From a virus: 64,000 nt of DNA. The stretch lies in IMG/VR virus record IMGVR_UViG_3300005573_000069, positions 37,034 through 101,033 of that record; one strand, 5' to 3'. Of this stretch, positions 58,201 through 64,000 are shown piece after piece. The stretch's first letter is position 1; each line of letters begins with the position of its first letter. A program made the translations under genes and the position numbers. Below the pieces are notes generated by a model. The model was given only the letters and a program-made list of their open reading frames with translations, was not told the origin of the DNA and made no database searches.

Positions 58201-58689
58201 GTGCAACTGCTTCCCGCCGACCTGATAATTGTTCGTGGCACAAGCCCATTTGATCGCGTGATAGAGGACGTGGAGCATTCGCCCTACAGCCACGTTGTCG
58301 GCTATGTCGGAGGCGGCCTGGTGATTCAAGCGGAGGGGTGCAAGCCTACGGGCTATGCGCCTCTCGCCTTTTTCGCCGGGCAACCGGTGTTTCGGTGCGC
58401 GTTGTTGACTGATGGGCAACGGCGGCAGATCGTGGACTGGGTGACTGACCGCATCGGAAGTCATTACGATTACAGGCTACTCTTGTGGGAATGGCTACGG
58501 TATGTCTTGCATGTAATGCTTCCTTGGTGTGTTGAGAGGCGAAAATATATCTGCTCCACACTTTGGGCCGATGCGTATCGGACGGCAGGTATTGATCCAT
58601 GCCCAGGAATACGTTTCCCCAGCCCGGCGGATTTAGCGGAATCGCTGCTGCTGGTACAAGTAGGTACTGTGACAAAAAATAGCACATGA
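58201..58689 (+). CDS. permuted papain-like amidase (YaeF/YiiX, C92)
   Basis: PADLI.VR, SPYSHV, G.HYDY, YICSTL. Confidence 0.8.
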   Translation: MQLLPADLIIVRGTSPFDRVIEDVEHSPYSHVVGYVGGGLVIQAEGCKPTGYAPLAFFAGQPVFRCALLTDGQRRQIVDWVTDRIGSHYDYRLLLWEWLRYVLHVMLPWCVERRKYICSTLWADAYRTAGIDPCPGIRFPSPADLAESLLLVQVGTVTKNST

Positions 58690-58748
58690 AGATAGTATGA
58701 TTTTTGTGATTCATAAGCAATATCAATCTGAAAGGAAAGGTGATTTAA

Positions 58749-59918
58749 ATGTCTCATTTCAATACGTTTCGTCTAACTGACACCTATCGTAAACGCCTTG
58801 CTCAGATGAATCGCGTAGCAATTCCTGCTGGCGCAAATCAGGGAGCAGATTTGTCTCAGTGGTGTGGTCCAGTATTCGACCAGCAACAGGAAGGAAGCTG
58901 CACTGCTTGTTCTTGCCGGGATTACCTGCTATGGCTGCAAAATAAATATGGCTATTCCGCGAAAACCACTCCACCATACACTGATCCAAGTGTAAATGCG
59001 ATATATTACTACGCACGTCTGCTTTGCGGTGACCTTACAGTCGATGAGGGGTCTACTGAGTATAACGCAATGTTGGCTGCGGTTGAATATGGGGTAATTC
59101 CTACCTCGGACGACCCATATGGTGAAAACACTCTGTTCACTCCACCACCACTTCAGGATGTGGTGTTTAAGGCTACTGAAGCACGGAATCTGTTAGCAAC
59201 CACGGCCTCAATTCGTGCATCCCTGGATGCAGGTGTACCGGTTGGAATAGCTGTGCAGGTTATGAGCACTCTTTTCAATCCGCAAATTATAAATGGTAAG
59301 GCGATAGTTGATTGGGGCACGGCATATCCTGAAGGCCATGGAATTTTTGTTGTTGCTTACGAACCAACTACAGAATTTAAAGGAGGATATATCTATAAAT
59401 TCCAAAACTCCTGGGGAACTGACTATGGAATTGGAGGTTATGCTTGGTTCACAGAGTTATATTTAGGTGGAATGCTAGGTGAAGTGGTTCAGCTTGACAT
59501 ACCTCAGCCTAAGCCAAACTATCAGACGGTTATCGTCATGACCGTGGGCAAAAAGACCTACACCCTGAACGGCCAGCAGGAGACGATGGATACTGCTCCT
59601 GTCCTTGATGCTACCAGCAGCCGCGTATTCGTGCCGGTGCGTTTCATTGCGGAGGCGCTGGGATGCAAAGTTGCTTGGCTGCCGGATGTGCAACATGTTA
59701 TCATAACGGAGGGAGCTGGCAAACCTAACCCGACCGTAATCGTGCTGATGATCGGGAAAACCATCTATAGTGTCAATGGAGTCGATAAGACAATGGATGT
59801 GGCTCCTTATATCGACTCCGACAACCGTACCATGGTGCCAATTCGTTTCGTGGCGCAGGCGCTGGGATGCACAGTAAATTGGGATGAGAGTGCCATGACG
59901 GTTACCATAGAAAAGTAA
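58749..59918 (+). CDS. papain-family C1 cysteine peptidase with two copper-amine-oxidase N-terminal-like domains
   Basis: DQQQEGSCT, GHG, QNSWG..YG..GY; VFVPVRFIAEALG and TMVPIRFVAQALG..VNWD. Confidence 0.88.
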   Translation: MSHFNTFRLTDTYRKRLAQMNRVAIPAGANQGADLSQWCGPVFDQQQEGSCTACSCRDYLLWLQNKYGYSAKTTPPYTDPSVNAIYYYARLLCGDLTVDEGSTEYNAMLAAVEYGVIPTSDDPYGENTLFTPPPLQDVVFKATEARNLLATTASIRASLDAGVPVGIAVQVMSTLFNPQIINGKAIVDWGTAYPEGHGIFVVAYEPTTEFKGGYIYKFQNSWGTDYGIGGYAWFTELYLGGMLGEVVQLDIPQPKPNYQTVIVMTVGKKTYTLNGQQETMDTAPVLDATSSRVFVPVRFIAEALGCKVAWLPDVQHVIITEGAGKPNPTVIVLMIGKTIYSVNGVDKTMDVAPYIDSDNRTMVPIRFVAQALGCTVNWDESAMTVTIEK

Positions 59919-59994
59919 GGCGCAGGTACAAGCTAACTTAGCTGACACGCACCACAAGCAAGTTAATTATGCCCAGTAAAGGCAGGTGAATTAA

Positions 59995-61335
59995 TTGGCC
60001 TATATATTAGGATATAATGCTTTTGGAAACGGGAGCTATTTTTCGCCTCCCGTTTCTAATATTTATAATGTGGGTTACGTGGAAGCAGAAAACTGTATTA
60101 TTGATGAAATCAGTATTAGAACAAATGTGGAACAAAATTATATAACAACTACGTTATGGGATTACTATCTCGGTCAAGGTACATTTTCAAACGTAATTAC
60201 AAGTGGAAACGCACTGGTTCTTGGAACATCGGGTTCAGTTTACTATAGTGCAGGCGTTAGAACATCACCCATTTATCAATTATCAAATTATGCTATTTTA
60301 ACAAGTTATCAAAATTCCGTTATTATTTGGAATTCTAATGTTCCAGTAGGTACGAGCGCCAATGTAATGTGTAATTATTCTTTTGATAACGGTCAAACTT
60401 GGAATGGTTGGCAGACTTGCAACAATGGTAGTGAATTACCAGATATGGCCGCATATTATGGTGCTAATTTACAGGATTTTCAGATTCAGATACAAGAACA
60501 GTTATCCACTTCAAATTCATCCATGACTCCTTCAATTGGCCCAATTAGGATATGGTTCCAAGATAATAACATAATTACTATTCCCAAAAACAGTCATGAT
60601 CCTTGGTACGATGATACTCGAATGTTAGCACAGTTTAATGGGAGTTTGGAAGCTGGCAATATTTATAGCAATGGCTTATCATTCACTCAATTTGCAATAA
60701 CCCGCAGGCGTTCTAGTGAATTAAGTAGTATTCTTATAAAAATGGTTCCGTTTTTAAACGGTCAGCAAATGACTTATACAGACGTTACAGCAGGCGTTGA
60801 TAATTACATATATGAAGTTTATCCTGTTGCATCAAACGGTATTTGGGGGAATCCAAGTTCAGCGGAAATATATACAGGATCGTTTGCTGGTTGGTGGATT
60901 TTGGACAAAGAAGATATTACAAACGTAATTGAGGGCGACCAATATACAGATTTAAGTAGTGAGCCTGATATTCAAGGACAGCTTAATCAAACAATTAGTG
61001 TAATTGATACTTTTCAACAGTATCCTTTGGTCTATAAATTTGGAAATAAATCCTATCATTCTTATACTTTAAACTTAATATTGATGGGTACTAATGAAAT
61101 ATCGTCATTTTCAATATATAATACTTTACTAAGTATGGCAAACTTAGGTCGTCCGTTGGTATTCAAAAATGGTAATGGCCTACTTTATTTTGGACAAATT
61201 ACAAATATCAAACCAAAATCACACTTAGCATCTCATCGAGATACTGCTGGTGGAATTGTACGTGATTTTATGTATGTTGATGTAACTTTCGTTGAAACTG
61301 TTAGTGAGGCTAATTATCACATAAATTACACATAA
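59995..61335 (+). CDS. baseplate/tail protein
   Basis: FNGSLEAGN, Y.YEVYPV; synteny. Confidence 0.7.
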   Translation: MAYILGYNAFGNGSYFSPPVSNIYNVGYVEAENCIIDEISIRTNVEQNYITTTLWDYYLGQGTFSNVITSGNALVLGTSGSVYYSAGVRTSPIYQLSNYAILTSYQNSVIIWNSNVPVGTSANVMCNYSFDNGQTWNGWQTCNNGSELPDMAAYYGANLQDFQIQIQEQLSTSNSSMTPSIGPIRIWFQDNNIITIPKNSHDPWYDDTRMLAQFNGSLEAGNIYSNGLSFTQFAITRRRSSELSSILIKMVPFLNGQQMTYTDVTAGVDNYIYEVYPVASNGIWGNPSSAEIYTGSFAGWWILDKEDITNVIEGDQYTDLSSEPDIQGQLNQTISVIDTFQQYPLVYKFGNKSYHSYTLNLILMGTNEISSFSIYNTLLSMANLGRPLVFKNGNGLLYFGQITNIKPKSHLASHRDTAGGIVRDFMYVDVTFVETVSEANYHINYT

Positions 61336-61338
61336 AGT

Positions 61339-62649
61339 GTGGTGGTTCTCTTGATACCGTGCTCACAGGAGTTTTACAATGTGATGTCGTCCTTTTTGCC
61401 TAAGACTGTTTGGATAAAAATTGAGTTATATGATTCTCAAATGAATTTTATAGCAGATTATAGCGAACAATTAATTGAAAAGGACTTAAATCATTTGGAG
61501 ATGGATACCACCAAAGATGTACAGAGAAGTGTAAAATTAACTTTAAACAACATAACTGGTGATTTTATATTTAATGCGGGTGCAAATATTTGGATAGATA
61601 AGAGGATTAAATTATGGCTAGGTTTAACTATCCCTTCTACGGGTCAAATCGAATGGATTCAATTGGGTTTATTTGCATTAACTGCACCTATAAATTATCA
61701 TGACGAAAAGGATTTGAAGTGCGAGATAACTGCATCTGATAAGGCTTTCTATTTAACAAACAATAGAGGCAGATTGACAACACAAACTACAATTACACAA
61801 GGAACGCCTCTAACAACTGCTATTCAGACATTGGCAGGTAATTTTGGCGAAACAATGTTTAACTTTGATCCTGATATTACTTTTACCATTCCTTCTGATA
61901 CGACTTTTGATATAGGTACAAACGCTTGGAAGGCTTTAAACGATTTGGCAGCTTTGGGTCAATGTCAAATATGGTATGACCGGTTAGGGTATCTAAGATT
62001 AAAAGCCATTAACTTAAATGATTTAGCTTCGTATAGCACCGTTTGGAGTTTTGATAGTACGACAACGACTGACTATTTTTTCATTGGCGCTAAAAGAACA
62101 TTTGATGAAAGTCAATTATATAATCAGTATTACACATCTGGTTATCTAATTATTAGTCCATCTGGTGGAATTAATCCATCGGGTGGAATCAATCCGTCTG
62201 GTGGGGTCAATCCATCTGGTGGAGTTAGCCCATCTGGAGGAATTAGTCCATCTGGAGGCGGCTCATACACAATAGGTGTCGTTTATGATATCTTAACTAT
62301 AGATGATACAGTTGCACCGTGGATAGGATCGCCCTATTCGGTACAAAAATTGGGCTATTTGACGAAGATAAATCAAAACGATGTGACATGTTTAAGTTGG
62401 AGTGATTGTCATAATAAAAATAAGTGGTTTTGTCAACAGTATTTAGGATTTTCAGAAGATATAGAATTATATTGTCCACCACTATATATCTTAGAAGCTG
62501 GTGATATTGTGAGTATTAACGATCCACTTTCTGGTTGTTCGGGCAATTATTATATCTATGGATACACACTTCCTCTTGTTCCTAAAGAGAAGGAGACTCT
62601 AAAACTTAAAAAATTGAACTTAGTAGATTTAGACTGGAATAGTTTTTAA
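61339..62649 (+). CDS. baseplate hub-like tail protein (YomG/DUF5048-like)
   Basis: RS..LTL.N, WIDKRIKLWLG, I.LG.F, WYDRLGYLRL, LEAGD. Confidence 0.75.
   Translation: MVVLLIPCSQEFYNVMSSFLPKTVWIKIELYDSQMNFIADYSEQLIEKDLNHLEMDTTKDVQRSVKLTLNNITGDFIFNAGANIWIDKRIKLWLGLTIPSTGQIEWIQLGLFALTAPINYHDEKDLKCEITASDKAFYLTNNRGRLTTQTTITQGTPLTTAIQTLAGNFGETMFNFDPDITFTIPSDTTFDIGTNAWKALNDLAALGQCQIWYDRLGYLRLKAINLNDLASYSTVWSFDSTTTTDYFFIGAKRTFDESQLYNQYYTSGYLIISPSGGINPSGGINPSGGVNPSGGVSPSGGISPSGGGSYTIGVVYDILTIDDTVAPWIGSPYSVQKLGYLTKINQNDVTCLSWSDCHNKNKWFCQQYLGFSEDIELYCPPLYILEAGDIVSINDPLSGCSGNYYIYGYTLPLVPKEKETLKLKKLNLVDLDWNSF
62155..62262 (+). repeat. six 18-nt units encoding (S/N)PSGG(I/V)
   Basis: Direct reading of sequence. 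Confidence 0.9.
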
Positions 62650-62661
62650 GGGGCGAGATAA

Positions 62662-63279
62662 ATGGAAAAATACTCTGCCGACATGATGAGGAGTGCTAAA
62701 CGATTTCATGATTATGTAAAACAATGGATATATAACATTTTTGATAAAGAGAAAGTTTTAGAATCGGAATTTCATATTGCGACTGTGACTCAAGTTTTAA
62801 CTCCAACGTCTTGCATGGCAATTGTGGATGGGTTGGGATCACCACAAAAATTATACAACAATCCTGATATTGTCTTAGCGTCAGGTAATATTGTGTCAGT
62901 ATTCTATAGGCAAAAAAATCCTTTAAGTAAATTTATTACCCATAGAATAACTGGCAATGGTCCGCAAGGAATATATAACTTCACCATAACTCACGGTGAT
63001 TCGCGGAACATATATGTAACTATTACTGATATAAACGGTAACCCCTTAGATTTATCGGGTTATTCCGTTAACTATTCATTGATTAATCCATCCGGTGGAA
63101 TTGTTTTAACTAAAACAGTAGGAAATGGTATCACAATATTACCGAGTGGTCAGATATGTATTGCGTTATCTAGTACCGATACATCTTCTCTTAGCGGTAG
63201 TTATACTTATCCTGTACAAGTTATTAATCCTTCCGGTGCAGTTTCTACTGTCCTTACGGGGGTGATGACCGTTAACTAA
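62662..63279 (+). CDS. baseplate protein with BppU-like C-terminal domain
   Basis: GDSRNIYVTI..NG.PLDLSG...G.YTY.VQV. Confidence 0.65.
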   Translation: MEKYSADMMRSAKRFHDYVKQWIYNIFDKEKVLESEFHIATVTQVLTPTSCMAIVDGLGSPQKLYNNPDIVLASGNIVSVFYRQKNPLSKFITHRITGNGPQGIYNFTITHGDSRNIYVTITDINGNPLDLSGYSVNYSLINPSGGIVLTKTVGNGITILPSGQICIALSSTDTSSLSGSYTYPVQVINPSGAVSTVLTGVMTVN

Positions 63280-63319
63280 TTCACCCCGTTTTGCAGAAAG
63301 GGGGTGAAATTTTGTTATA

Positions 63320-64000
63320 ATGAATATAGCTGGAGATATTAATTCTACATCGTCTATTAGGCAACATGTTGAGTACTTTACTCTACCAATAACGTTTCCT
63401 TTTACGATAAATAAGCCATTATTTACTGCGTCAATGAGTGTTTCTAGTTCTGTATCTGCAACAACTACGATAGTAGCAACAATAACTGCTCAGGCCCCTA
63501 TTCCAATTTCTGGTTCGTCAACATCTACTTCACAAGTTTCCGGTAACGTATCGGCGATTATGCAATTGGTTGGGATAATTGTTGCTAACACCGGCGTTAC
63601 TGGATCTATCCAAAATAACATTTCTGTAAATTCTACTATTACTAGCAATTCATCAATAGTATCTACTGCTAGTATGTATGTATCTTTGCAGTCAGATGAA
63701 ATGATGAACTTATTACCTCTTGATACTTTTTTGGGATTGGGGGGTATTGGAAGCTATTGGTACGGAGTAATTACTCCTGATGATAATTCTAATTTATACA
63801 ATGGACAGCCAACTTGCAAAGTAACTACTGTAGCCAATAATGGTTACCCCGATGGCTTTATAACTGATTCCGCAGGGGCGGTTCCAGCTTCGACAACCTA
63901 TATTGGCAACTTAATGGCATGGATACCTTCGGGCTATAGTGTATTTTTTAGTTTTAGGGAAACTGGAAATGAAGGTCAGGGTAGCGTTGTAGTAGCTGGA
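63320..64000 (+). CDS. Ser/Thr-rich tail fibre-like protein (partial, runs off window)
   Basis: Manual translation MNIAGDINSTSS..., frame open to window end. Confidence 0.6.
   Translation, partial: MNIAGDINSTSSIRQHVEYFTLPITFPFTINKPLFTASMSVSSSVSATTTIVATITAQAPIPISGSSTSTSQVSGNVSAIMQLVGIIVANTGVTGSIQNNISVNSTITSNSSIVSTASMYVSLQSDEMMNLLPLDTFLGLGGIGSYWYGVITPDDNSNLYNGQPTCKVTTVANNGYPDGFITDSAGAVPASTTYIGNLMAWIPSGYSVFFSFRETGNEGQGSVVVAG

Noticed and set aside
394-64000. Numerous short opposite-strand track ORFs overlapping ligase, terminase, TMP and others
   Set aside because: Shadow frames of real genes, with no RBS or recognisable motifs

Overview
The window is 64 kb of a large tailed phage (or plasmid-like prophage) of a Bacillota host, organised like SPbeta-related siphoviruses. 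1-20 kb, minus strand: RNA ligase, tRNA-Leu, ATP-dependent DNA ligase and about 40 small early genes, including a Csx16-like ring-nuclease domain, DUF262, a GHKL-zincin fusion, DUF932 and DUF4258. At least 14 junctions in this block carry the same element: a GC-rich hairpin, then TACATA(A), sometimes a second hairpin, then the RBS. UACAU is the known cleavage site of Firmicute MazF/EndoA, so the block may be an RNA-processing or toxin-responsive expression system. 20.5-24.6 kb is a largely non-coding, strand-skewed hinge with a tyrosine recombinase, a RuvC-less TnpB derivative under a perfect sigma-A promoter, and an AT-rich origin-like tract. 24.6-64 kb, plus strand: regulators, tRNA-Asp and tRNA-Asn, terminase, portal, prohead protease (interrupted at its 3' end by an intact IscB/omega-RNA element), capsid, tail, a second tyrosine recombinase, a 1838-aa tape measure protein, a Kelch-like repeat protein and a higher-GC module with two papain-fold enzymes. 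All family assignments are from motif recognition by eye; no database search was run.
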